64,000 bases of DNA, from positions 4,994 to 68,993 of the forward strand of contig JAITKF010000062.1 in assembly GCA_031278545.1 (NCBI GenBank). The letters run 5' to 3'. The translations under genes were made by a program, and so were the position numbers. Under the pieces are notes generated by a model. It was not told the DNA's origin. It did not search any database and saw nothing but the letters and a program-made list of their open reading frames with translations. This document shows positions 56,102 through 64,000 of the stretch, in pieces; position 1 is the stretch's first letter, and every line of letters begins with the position of its first letter. Origin of the DNA: Prevotellaceae bacterium (GTDB lineage Bacteria; Bacteroidota; Bacteroidia; Bacteroidales; UBA932).

Positions 56102-57811
56102 TTAATGACCGGCGGCGCCTTCCGGTTGCATCAGAATATCGCCGGCATCAATGACAATCGTTTTATACCAGAAGGCCGGATATTCCGGCTGGGAAGGGAA
56201 TACGGGGATCCCTTCGGGCGTACGGGCAAACGACCCGTCGGAAGTTTGTTTTTTGATATTACCGTCCATATATTTTACGAGCAAATACGTATCCAATTCC
56301 TTCCATCGCTTCACCAGATTTTGCGCGGTATTGACCGAGAAATCAGTGAGTGTTTTGACGGCGCCCTTCACATCACGCCGGTCATACAGCGTCAACGCCT
56401 TCCGGTCGATTTCCTGCACCTGTGCCACAAAAGAATGTTCCAACTCCTGTTGCAACGCCACGATTTCGGGCGCGATGTCGTGGTAACGACTATATGCGAA
56501 TTGCGTAACGCGGGTGAATGTCCAGAACGCCGCCGTTTCGGAATAAGTAAGCAAATCGCCGTTACCCACCGCATATTCCGCCGGCACGCGGGTAGAACTA
56601 CAATAAACCGGCGTCAGGCACGACGTGGCGGCATCGTCGACGCCAAACCACAAAATACCTCCGATAGGATTGGGCAGCCAATGGCGCGCCTGCGCCACGT
56701 ACCACCAACCGGTTTGTTGCGTAGCCGTCGCACGTTCGTGCACATATGTTACGCCGTTGTATTTCCAGCCCATAGGACGCCAGCGGTAGGGCGCCTTAAA
56801 GGGCCCCGCGCCGATGTCGACCGTCATATCCATCTTCGTCCCTTCGTAATGGTCGCGCATGGCGCGGGCGACATCGTGGACGTCTAATTTCCGCTCGGGC
56901 TTAATGTATAACGGCATCCGGTTTTGCAGGTTATGACCCAGCGCATAATCTTCGTACTGCCACATAGATGAATTATAATCCTTAAAGAATGACCATACGC
57001 GCGCCTCGCAAGCGCGCGCGCCGCTAAACGTAACCGGATTATAAGCGTCCGAAAAACTAAATGCCGCATCGTCGCCCGAAAAATACCCCCGGCTACGCGC
57101 CACGCTAATCACATCGCCAGCATACACATATTCGATATCCGGCTGGAAAATCTTGCTCAGGTTGGCAGAACTGATAGACGTTTTGCCATTTTCCAACGGG
57201 AATGTACGGATACGCGCCTGATTGGCATGAGCCGAAATCGACCCGTCGGGGATACGGACGGCCACCCATACGGCCCCTTTATTTCCCGCGCCTTTTCCTA
57301 TCATTTCCATAATCCATACCTCGTTGGGATCGCCAATCGAGAGCGATTCGCCTTCGGAATGATAACCGTACTCGGCGACCAATTCCGCTATCGTTTTAAT
57401 CGCCTCACGCGCATTCCGCGAGCGCTGCAATGCAATATAAATAAGGCTACCGTAGTCCATCAGGCCGGCGCTGTCGACCAACTCCTCGCGACCGCCGTAA
57501 GTCGTCTCGCCAATCATCACCGAATGCTCATTCATATTGCCGACGACATTATACGTCTCCTTCGCTTCGGGAATCTGACCCAATATCTTTCCACTATCCC
57601 ACTCCTTAATCACACGGACGGCGCCCGGTTTATACTTAGCCGCCGCCCAAAAATATAACTCGCCGTACAGCACATGCGAGTCTGCCGAATACGAAATAAA
57701 CGTCGAACCATCCTTCGACGCCCCTTTAGTAACCAAAAGATTAGTACAGGCGTAGGCCTGCATGCCGGCCATCGTCAATAGCCCTGATACAAGTAAAATA
57801 ATTTTCCTCAT
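56102..57811 (-). CDS. Secreted C69-family dipeptidase
   Basis: 569 aa. The signal peptide is followed by the nucleophile Cys in YACTNLLVTKGAS. Confidence 0.85.
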   Translation of the reverse strand: MRKIILLVSGLLTMAGMQAYACTNLLVTKGASKDGSTFISYSADSHVLYGELYFWAAAKYKPGAVRVIKEWDSGKILGQIPEAKETYNVVGNMNEHSVMIGETTYGGREELVDSAGLMDYGSLIYIALQRSRNAREAIKTIAELVAEYGYHSEGESLSIGDPNEVWIMEMIGKGAGNKGAVWVAVRIPDGSISAHANQARIRTFPLENGKTSISSANLSKIFQPDIEYVYAGDVISVARSRGYFSGDDAAFSFSDAYNPVTFSGARACEARVWSFFKDYNSSMWQYEDYALGHNLQNRMPLYIKPERKLDVHDVARAMRDHYEGTKMDMTVDIGAGPFKAPYRWRPMGWKYNGVTYVHERATATQQTGWWYVAQARHWLPNPIGGILWFGVDDAATSCLTPVYCSSTRVPAEYAVGNGDLLTYSETAAFWTFTRVTQFAYSRYHDIAPEIVALQQELEHSFVAQVQEIDRKALTLYDRRDVKGAVKTLTDFSVNTAQNLVKRWKELDTYLLVKYMDGNIKKQTSDGSFARTPEGIPVFPSQPEYPAFWYKTIVIDAGDILMQPEGAAGH

Positions 57812-57841
57812 GATAAATAAATTTGTTTTTTAAATAGGAAA

Positions 57842-57849
57842 CAAAGGTA
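57842..57849 (-). promoter_or_regulatory. -7 promoter box (TACCTTTG on minus strand) for dipeptidase-folB
   Basis: The plus strand reads CAAAGGTA, 31 nt upstream of the ATG at 57811. Confidence 0.6.
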
Positions 57850-57966
57850 CAAAAAACAATGTACAATACTCCACGCCCAATTGACCATCTTCGGCGATTC
57901 CGGGGCATAAAGCGAACCCCGCACTATTTTTTCCTTGATTCCCGTTTGTTTTTATTAAACGTAACC

Positions 57967-58071
57967 GGAAAAAGAAGCATCTTAACAAGGGAAAAAAGTA
58001 CCTTAATAGGGAAAAGAACTACCTTAACCGGGAAGAGAGCGTTCTTAATTAAGAGAAGATATGTTACCCAT
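57967..58071. repeat. Direct-repeat array, 4 good copies plus 1 degenerate copy of a 21-bp unit GGGAAAArAnnnAyCTTAAyn
   Basis: CTTAA recurs at 57981, 58002, 58023 and 58044, an exact 21-bp period. Confidence 0.85.
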
Positions 58072-58142
58072 TAAAATTTGAAAAAAGATGTCCACAGGGA
58101 AAAAAGTGTCTCCCCCCGCCGGGCATTCCTGATTTAAATAAC

Positions 58143-58150
58143 TATCTTTG
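58143..58150 (+). promoter_or_regulatory. -7 promoter box TATCTTTG for gldFG (near-leaderless)
   Basis: TAnnTTTG match ending 4 nt before the ATG at 58155. Confidence 0.5.
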
Positions 58151-58154
58151 TCCC

Positions 58155-60617
58155 ATGTTTACGATTTTCAAAAAGGAATTACACACTTTCTTCTCGTCGA
58201 TTACCGGATATCTGGTCATTGTCGTATTCTTGTCGGTCAATGCCTGGTTTTTGTGGATTGGCAAAAGCGCTATGAATATACTCGACGGCGGCTTTGCGTC
58301 GCTCACGGGGCTGTTTGAAATCGCGCCGTGGTTATTCCTATTCCTGCTGCCGGCTATCGCGATGCGTACATTGGCCGACGAGAAAAAAACAGGGGCTATC
58401 GAACTGCTGTTGGCACAACCGCTCACCGAATGCCGCCTGATTCTCGGGAAATATCTTGCCGTCGTTGCCGTTGCATGGCTGGCGCTACTGCCGACGTTGG
58501 TCTATTTCGGCAGCGTCTACTGTCTGGGTCAACCGGTAGGCAACCTCGACGCCGGCGGTACGTGGGGCTCCTACATCGGACTGCTACTGCTGGCGGCCGG
58601 TTATGCGGCTATCGGACTGCTGGCCTCGTCGTTTACCGATAACCAGATTATCGCATTCCTGCTGGCCGCCGTCGGATGCTTCTGCTTCTACTTGGGCTTC
58701 GACGGGCTGGCGGCCTTGTTGCCGACGGCCGATAGGTTCCTCATGGCGTTGGGCATCAACGAACATTACCGTTCGATGAGCCGCGGCGTCATCGACCTGC
58801 GCGACATACTGTATTTCGCCAGCCTCATCACGCTTTTCCTCGAAGCGGCGCGGCTACGGCTGAAAGGCGGGCAAAGGGCACCCGCCGCCCGCCGCCATGC
58901 CCGTGCCGTGGCGCGTTTTACAGCGCTGGCGGCCGCCGTGCTGCTGCTCAACTACGTCGCCCGTACCGTCCTCCTCCGTATTGACCTCACTGCCGACCGC
59001 CGCTATACCCTCGCCAACGCTTCAAAACGTGTGATGCAGCGTATCGTAAATCCCCTGTTGATACGGGTCTACCTTGATGGCGAGATGCCAATCGAAATGA
59101 AAAAACTCCGCACCACGATTAAGGAAACTATCGACGAACTGAAAATATATGCCCCCGGAAAGGTGCATTATACATTCGTCAATCTTGCCGCCGACGTCGA
59201 TCCGCGCGCCATGGACGACGCTTATATGGAACTTTATGAGCGCGGCCTCATGCCGGTGGTTATCGAAGAGCGCGCCGCCGATGGCAGCCGTTCGGAGAGA
59301 ACGCTGTTTCCCGGCGCGGTCGTTTCTTATTCCCCCACAGGTGATACGGCCTCACGCCGCCGCGAAATGGCCGTCAATTTCCTGCAAAGTAATGCCGACG
59401 CCGATAGCGACGAGCGGCTGCTTATTGCGCAGCAGAATGTCGAAACGGCATTAGTAGCCGCCATTGCGCACAGCATCCGGCCGCAGACGCCCCGCATTGC
59501 TTTTGTCGAAGGCCATGGCGAATTGGATGAATACGAAACCGGCGATATTTGCAAAGAACTAGCCTCCTTCGCCCGCCTCGACCGCGTCGTGCTCAACGGC
59601 GATGTGGATGCGCTCCACGGCTACGCTGTGGCTATCATCGCCAAACCTACCCAACCGTGGGACGAGGCCGACAAGCTCGCCGTCGACCAGTACGTCATGA
59701 ACGGCGGACGGGTCGCATGGTTCATTGACGCCGTCAACGTGCACCACGACAGTCTCGCTGCCGGCCAACGTACCTTCGCCTTCGCCTGCGACCACCGTCT
59801 CGACGACCAGCTTTTTAAATATGGCGCACGCATCAACCCCTATATTATCCGCGACTTGCAATGCGCCCTGTTGCCCGTCAACATTGCCCCCGCCGGCCAA
59901 ACAGCCGACTTCCGCCCCGCGCCGTGGACTTATTATCCCCTGCTGACGCCGCCGCCGGAACATCCGATTACCAGTGGCCTAAATCTTATAGAATCGAAGT
60001 ACCCAAGCACGGTTGATACGGTCGGCCACGGGACGGCGGTCGCGAAGACCGTCCTCCTTGCCTCGTCGCCGTACAGCCGCACGCAGGCCGTCCCGGCGCT
60101 CATCAGCCTTGCCGAAAGTATGCAGCAACCCGATCCGGCACATTACAGGCAAGCGTCGTTGCCGGTAGCCGTGCTGATGGAAGGCCGTTTTTCCTCGGCG
60201 TTCCTCCACCGCCCGTTGCAGCAATACAACCACCGGCGTCCCTTCCCTTTCCGGTCGTTTAGCGATACCACCAAAATGATTGTCGTAGCCGACGGCGATA
60301 TTATCCGCAACGATGTCGTGCGCCGTCCTGACGGGGTACGTATTTTCCCGTTGGGTTTTGACAATTACATGAAGACGCAATTCGGCAACCGCGCTTTTGT
60401 TAAGAACGCCCTCTATTACCTGCTCGACGACGATAATGTGCTCCAGCTCCGCCGCCGCGAATGGACGCTACGTATGCTCGACAAGACCAAACTCTACCCG
60501 CAGCGCTATTTTTGGGTCGCCCTCAACAGCATTCTACCCGTCGCTCTCACCCTGCTATCCGGCTTGCTCTTTACCGGCATCCGGAGATACCGCTATGGCA
60601 TGAAACGTAAAGCATAA
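58155..60617 (+). CDS. gldF/gldG: Fused gliding-motility-associated ABC transporter permease GldF and accessory protein GldG
   Basis: 820 aa. Residues 1 to about 240 form an ABC-2 permease with a GldF-like start (FKKELHTFFSS). The rest is GldG-like (TM, RIDLTADRRYTL, large extracytoplasmic domain, C-terminal TM). Confidence 0.8.
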   Translation: MFTIFKKELHTFFSSITGYLVIVVFLSVNAWFLWIGKSAMNILDGGFASLTGLFEIAPWLFLFLLPAIAMRTLADEKKTGAIELLLAQPLTECRLILGKYLAVVAVAWLALLPTLVYFGSVYCLGQPVGNLDAGGTWGSYIGLLLLAAGYAAIGLLASSFTDNQIIAFLLAAVGCFCFYLGFDGLAALLPTADRFLMALGINEHYRSMSRGVIDLRDILYFASLITLFLEAARLRLKGGQRAPAARRHARAVARFTALAAAVLLLNYVARTVLLRIDLTADRRYTLANASKRVMQRIVNPLLIRVYLDGEMPIEMKKLRTTIKETIDELKIYAPGKVHYTFVNLAADVDPRAMDDAYMELYERGLMPVVIEERAADGSRSERTLFPGAVVSYSPTGDTASRRREMAVNFLQSNADADSDERLLIAQQNVETALVAAIAHSIRPQTPRIAFVEGHGELDEYETGDICKELASFARLDRVVLNGDVDALHGYAVAIIAKPTQPWDEADKLAVDQYVMNGGRVAWFIDAVNVHHDSLAAGQRTFAFACDHRLDDQLFKYGARINPYIIRDLQCALLPVNIAPAGQTADFRPAPWTYYPLLTPPPEHPITSGLNLIESKYPSTVDTVGHGTAVAKTVLLASSPYSRTQAVPALISLAESMQQPDPAHYRQASLPVAVLMEGRFSSAFLHRPLQQYNHRRPFPFRSFSDTTKMIVVADGDIIRNDVVRRPDGVRIFPLGFDNYMKTQFGNRAFVKNALYYLLDDDNVLQLRRREWTLRMLDKTKLYPQRYFWVALNSILPVALTLLSGLLFTGIRRYRYGMKRKA

Positions 60618-60620
60618 AAA

Positions 60621-60644
60621 AACTGCCCGAAAATTCGGACAGTT
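60621..60644 (+). terminator. Hairpin just downstream of the gldFG stop
   Basis: AACTGCCCGAAAATTCGGACAGTT is an imperfect palindrome followed by a T-rich stretch. Confidence 0.4.
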
Positions 60645-60671
60645 CTCTTGTTTAGGTTAGCAGTAGATGCT

Positions 60672-60693
60672 AAAATACCCGCGGGGTATTTTT
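60672..60693. terminator. Bidirectional rho-independent terminator
   Basis: AAAATACCC-GCG-GGGTATTTTT forms a 6-bp GC-containing stem flanked by A and T runs, between convergent genes. Confidence 0.55.
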
Positions 60694-60743
60694 ATACATA
60701 AGGTAATCGGCGCAGGGGCCGTTTTACATTACTTTCAACTGCA

Positions 60744-61001
60744 TTAATAGGAACGCTCTGGCCGTTCATTCGCTTCAGCCACATTGAGCGTACGCCCCAT
60801 GTGTTCCGTACCGTTAAGCGCCGCGATAGCGGTAGCCGCTTCGCTGTCGTTGAGCATTTCCACAAACCCATAGCCTCTTGAGCGCCGAGACCCGCGTTCG
60901 GTGATTATTTTGGCTGATGATACTTCGCCATAAACCGAAAAGATGTGTTTCAAATCGTCATTGGACGCTTTAAAACTGAGCCCAGAAACAAAAATGTTCA
61001 T
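60744..61001 (-). CDS. RNA-binding protein with a single RRM domain
   Basis: 85 aa with RNP2 NIFVSGL and RNP1 RGYGFVEM. The start was trimmed from the track ORF at 61079. Confidence 0.88.
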   Translation of the reverse strand: MNIFVSGLSFKASNDDLKHIFSVYGEVSSAKIITERGSRRSRGYGFVEMLNDSEAATAIAALNGTEHMGRTLNVAEANERPERSY

Positions 61002-61066
61002 AGAACAAAAAATAAAATTAATTAAAAAATAGGTTGCTATTTCGGATATTTCCATAAATAGTTCTG

Positions 61067-61074
61067 CAAAGGTA
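61067..61074 (-). promoter_or_regulatory. -7 promoter box (TACCTTTG on minus strand) for the RRM gene
   Basis: The plus strand reads CAAAGGTA. It implies a leader of about 60 nt. Confidence 0.55.
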
Positions 61075-61234
61075 GGCAAATAAATAAATGTAGCAAATTT
61101 ATTTTACGTCTTTTTCGGTAAATGACGAAAATATGTTCGTAGAAGAGGCCAATTTAATAGATGTACACCGATTTTTGCAGCATCGGCATTAAACCGCGCC
61201 GGTGGCGGCGGTACAAGAACTCAATAAAAATCCC

Positions 61235-61242
61235 TACCTTTG
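61235..61242 (+). promoter_or_regulatory. -7 promoter box TACCTTTG for the two-component operon
   Basis: TAnnTTTG match, 36 nt upstream of the ATG at 61278. Confidence 0.6.
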
Positions 61243-61277
61243 CACGCTAACTATCAATCGTCAATATTCAACTGCCA

Positions 61278-62627
61278 ATGCCTCTCCGCGACGCTCATAT
61301 TCTTGTGATGGACGACGACAAGGACGTCCTGACCGCTGTCCGCCTTTTGTTAAAGCCGGAAGTCGGCCACATCGTAACCGATACCAATCCCGAAAACCTG
61401 AAATGCCTGCTGGCCGGCGCGTCTTTCGATATCCTGCTGCTCGACATGAATTTTGCTGCCGGTCTCCATACCGGCAACGAGGGGCTTTACTGGCTACGGA
61501 GAATCAAAGAATGGAATGCGCATGTGGCGGTGGTGATGATTACGGCTTATGCCGATATTGATTTGGCTGTTAACTGCCTGAAGGAAGGCGCAAGCGATTT
61601 TATCGTGAAACCATGGCACAACGAAAATTTGTTGAAAACACTGGGCGCCGTGCTGGAAAAACAGCATACGCCACGACAAAAAGCGGCGACCGACGACACG
61701 CAAGAAACCTTCATCATCGGCGAGTCGGACGTGATGCGGGAGCTGTTCCGGAAAGTGGAAAAGATGGCCCCTACCGACGCCAATGTGTTAATCTTAGGGG
61801 AAAACGGTACGGGGAAAGAGTTGGTTGCGCAGGCCATTGCCCGTGCGTCGCTACGGAGCGACAAGCCGTTTGTAAAGGTCGATGTAGGCGCGTTGACCAG
61901 CACATTGTTCGAAAGCGAACTGTTCGGCCACAAAAAAGGCGCCTTCACCGACGCCCGCGAAGACCGCACCGGGCTGATAGAAACAGCCAGCGGCGGCACG
62001 TTGTTTTTAGATGAAATAGGCAACATCTCCTTGCCGCAACAAGCAAAATTATTGACCGTCTTGCAAAACCGCCAGGTTACTCCGCTGGGCGCTAACAAAC
62101 CGGTACTGGTCGACATCCGCATCATTACCGCGACCAACGTGCCGCTGGCTGAACTGGCCAATGAGCAACGTTTCCGGAAAGATTTGATGTACCGCATCAA
62201 TACTATCGAAATCACCGTGCCTCCCCTGCGAGAACGTAGCCACGACATCCTGCTGCTGTCCGATTATTTCCTGTGCCGCTATGCCAAAAAATACCGAAAA
62301 CCCGGGATAACCCTCTCGGCGGCAGCCCGCAGCAAGTTGTTACATTATGCCTATCCGGGCAATGTGCGCGAGCTGCAATATGCGATTGAGCGGGCGGTTA
62401 TCATGGCCAACGGCGCAGTATTGCAGACGGACGACATCGTGTTTTCGCCTATCGAACACCGAACACCAAACACCGACCGCCTGCAAACACACAACCTTGA
62501 AGCCTTAGAACGCACGGCCATCATGCAGGCCATGGAACAGCACGCCGGCAATATCTCCAAAGCAGCCCATGTCTTGGGACTGACCCGCGCAGCCCTCTAC
62601 CGGCGGCTGGAAAAATACGGAATATAA
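61278..62627 (+). CDS. Sigma-54-dependent response regulator (NtrC family)
   Basis: 449 aa. It has a receiver domain (LLLDMNF), AAA+ Walker A GENGTGKE, ESELFGH.KGAFTDA and a C-terminal Fis-type HTH. Confidence 0.9.
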   Translation: MPLRDAHILVMDDDKDVLTAVRLLLKPEVGHIVTDTNPENLKCLLAGASFDILLLDMNFAAGLHTGNEGLYWLRRIKEWNAHVAVVMITAYADIDLAVNCLKEGASDFIVKPWHNENLLKTLGAVLEKQHTPRQKAATDDTQETFIIGESDVMRELFRKVEKMAPTDANVLILGENGTGKELVAQAIARASLRSDKPFVKVDVGALTSTLFESELFGHKKGAFTDAREDRTGLIETASGGTLFLDEIGNISLPQQAKLLTVLQNRQVTPLGANKPVLVDIRIITATNVPLAELANEQRFRKDLMYRINTIEITVPPLRERSHDILLLSDYFLCRYAKKYRKPGITLSAAARSKLLHYAYPGNVRELQYAIERAVIMANGAVLQTDDIVFSPIEHRTPNTDRLQTHNLEALERTAIMQAMEQHAGNISKAAHVLGLTRAALYRRLEKYGI

Positions 62628-62628
62628 C

Positions 62629-63984
62629 ATGAATCACAAACGATATATAGCCGTATTGTTTACCCTGACCATCGTCGCGGGCGCAGCGGCGGGCTACGGG
62701 TACGCGGGCGGCTATACGACCGCCGGCCTGCTGCTGACGGCGGCGACCTTATCCTTATCCGTATACGTCGCCGGCATAGTAAACAAATTTTATCGCGATG
62801 TGGAAAACTTTGCAGAAGCGGCGCGCTACCGCGATTTCTCCAAACAATACGCCGAACGCACCGGCTGGCAGAGCAACAAACTGTACCGGTATTTCAACGA
62901 TATCAGCCGCGTATTCAGCTCGTTAAGCCGCGAAAAGGAAATACAACAACAATACCTCCGGACGATGATGGAAGAGATCGATACCGGCATCCTCGCCTAC
63001 GACAAAGATACCGGCGATATTCTATGGATGAACGACGCATTTAAAACCATGTTCGGTATTCCCGAAATCAACCATATCGCATGGTTGCAAACACGGCGGG
63101 AGCTACTCTACCGCGAACTGGCCGGCATTCCTGCAGGACAAAACCGACTGATTACGGTTACTATCAAAAACCATGCGGTACGGACGCTCGTCAACGTGCG
63201 CCTCTTCCGTACCTCCGACAAAACCTGCCGGATGATTGCCTTCCATAACATCAGCGCTACGATGGAAGAAATTGAAGCCAACGCATGGAAAGGCTTACTC
63301 AGTGTGATGACCCACGAAATTATGAACTCCATCGCGCCGGTTGCTTCCCTGGCTGATACGTTGAAAAAACGCATGAACGACCTGCGACGGCGAGAACAGA
63401 CCGAAACCCCAACCCACGAAATGGAAGACATCGCATTAGCCATGGACACCATTCACCGCCGGAGCGAAGGCCTGCTACGTTTCGCCGACAATTACCGCAA
63501 CCTGAGTCAAACGGTCGTCCCCGACTTCCGACCGACCAATATCCCGGAAATGCTGTACGCCATCTACCGCCTCATGCAGCCTTCATTGCAACAGAAAAAA
63601 ATTATCCTCGAAATACGTGCCGACCACCCGCGACTCACTGCCCCATTCGACCGCAACCTCATTGAACAGGTACTAATTAATTTTATTACCAACGCCGCCA
63701 CCGCCGTCCGCGAAAAAGACGCGCCGTGCATCGTACTCTCCGCTGGTATGGCCGGCGACACGCATACATATATCACCGTCGCCGACAACGGCTGCGGTAT
63801 CTCGCCCGACGTACGCGACAAAATGTTTATCCCCTTTTTCAGCACCAAAAAAAACGGCACAGGCATCGGCCTAAGCCTCTCCCGCGAAATTGTCAAACTC
63901 CATAACGGCAAACTCTATGTACAAAGCAAAGAAAACGCCGGCAGTGCATTTACGATCCTAATACCTGCGGCAAGAGAAGCGTAG
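62629..63984 (+). CDS. Sensor histidine kinase
   Basis: 451 aa with two N-terminal TM helices, a PAS-like region, the H-box HEIMNSIAP and the ATPase motifs DNGCGI and GTGIGLS. It starts 1 nt after the regulator stop. Confidence 0.9.
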   Translation: MNHKRYIAVLFTLTIVAGAAAGYGYAGGYTTAGLLLTAATLSLSVYVAGIVNKFYRDVENFAEAARYRDFSKQYAERTGWQSNKLYRYFNDISRVFSSLSREKEIQQQYLRTMMEEIDTGILAYDKDTGDILWMNDAFKTMFGIPEINHIAWLQTRRELLYRELAGIPAGQNRLITVTIKNHAVRTLVNVRLFRTSDKTCRMIAFHNISATMEEIEANAWKGLLSVMTHEIMNSIAPVASLADTLKKRMNDLRRREQTETPTHEMEDIALAMDTIHRRSEGLLRFADNYRNLSQTVVPDFRPTNIPEMLYAIYRLMQPSLQQKKIILEIRADHPRLTAPFDRNLIEQVLINFITNAATAVREKDAPCIVLSAGMAGDTHTYITVADNGCGISPDVRDKMFIPFFSTKKNGTGIGLSLSREIVKLHNGKLYVQSKENAGSAFTILIPAAREA

Positions 63985-64000
63985 CCGGTTTTCTATTAAT

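Noticed and set aside
57859-58074. A 71-aa ORF whose C-terminus shows a 7-aa periodicity (TGKRSIL, TREKSTL, IGKRTTL, TGKRAFL).
   Set aside because: The periodicity is only the 21-bp DNA repeat read in frame. The ORF has no promoter or start context, so a non-coding repeat array is the simpler reading.
1-64000. A mobile element, prophage, integron or defence island somewhere in the window.
   Set aside because: I found no integrase, transposase, recombinase, phage structural gene, restriction-modification, toxin-antitoxin or nuclease/helicase defence signature, and no flanking tRNA or long direct repeats. Gene content and composition look like core chromosome.

Overview
This 64 kb window looks like a chromosomal segment from a GC-rich member of the Bacteroidota, probably Bacteroidales-like. 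The evidence is that most operons are preceded by the Bacteroidetes sigma-A -7 box TAnnTTTG 5-70 nt upstream of the start, there are no Shine-Dalgarno sites, and the gene content fits (gldF/gldG, TamB, a FISUMP-domain surface protein, imelysin, a C69 dipeptidase). I call 44 intact protein-coding genes. I see no rRNA, tRNA, CRISPR, transposase, integrase, phage or recognisable defence genes. The genes are mostly housekeeping: rpe, ileS, miaA, smpB, mutAB, metH, purB, glmM, folB, lpxB and kdsB. Envelope functions are also present: alpha-2-macroglobulin plus PBP1C, TamB, a CDP-6-deoxyhexose cassette, a GT2 and a fused GldF-GldG. The ORF track uses GTG and TTG as M, so I trimmed several 5' extensions back to ATG codons that sit just downstream of -7 boxes. 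The most unusual signal is in two paralogous genes with no signal peptide (17515-18459 and 32504-33484). Each is preceded by a TAnnTTTG promoter and then a GC-rich tandem array of exactly 41-bp palindrome or hairpin units (5 and 4 copies, with different sequences) that appears to lie inside a long 5' leader. Other points worth a second look are listed here.
- An lpxB-aminotransferase-kdsB-Fe-ADH operon that resembles the Kdo8N pathway.
- A porin/imelysin/di-heme DUF1111 operon that ends in a compact cytochrome c synthase.
- A 134-bp mirrored divergent promoter with 26-bp perfect arms.
- A 21-bp x4 direct-repeat array upstream of gldFG.
- A 17-bp inverted repeat inside the imelysin operon.
- A relic of the FISUMP-family gene upstream of ileS.
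All functional calls rest on motif recognition by eye. No database search was run.
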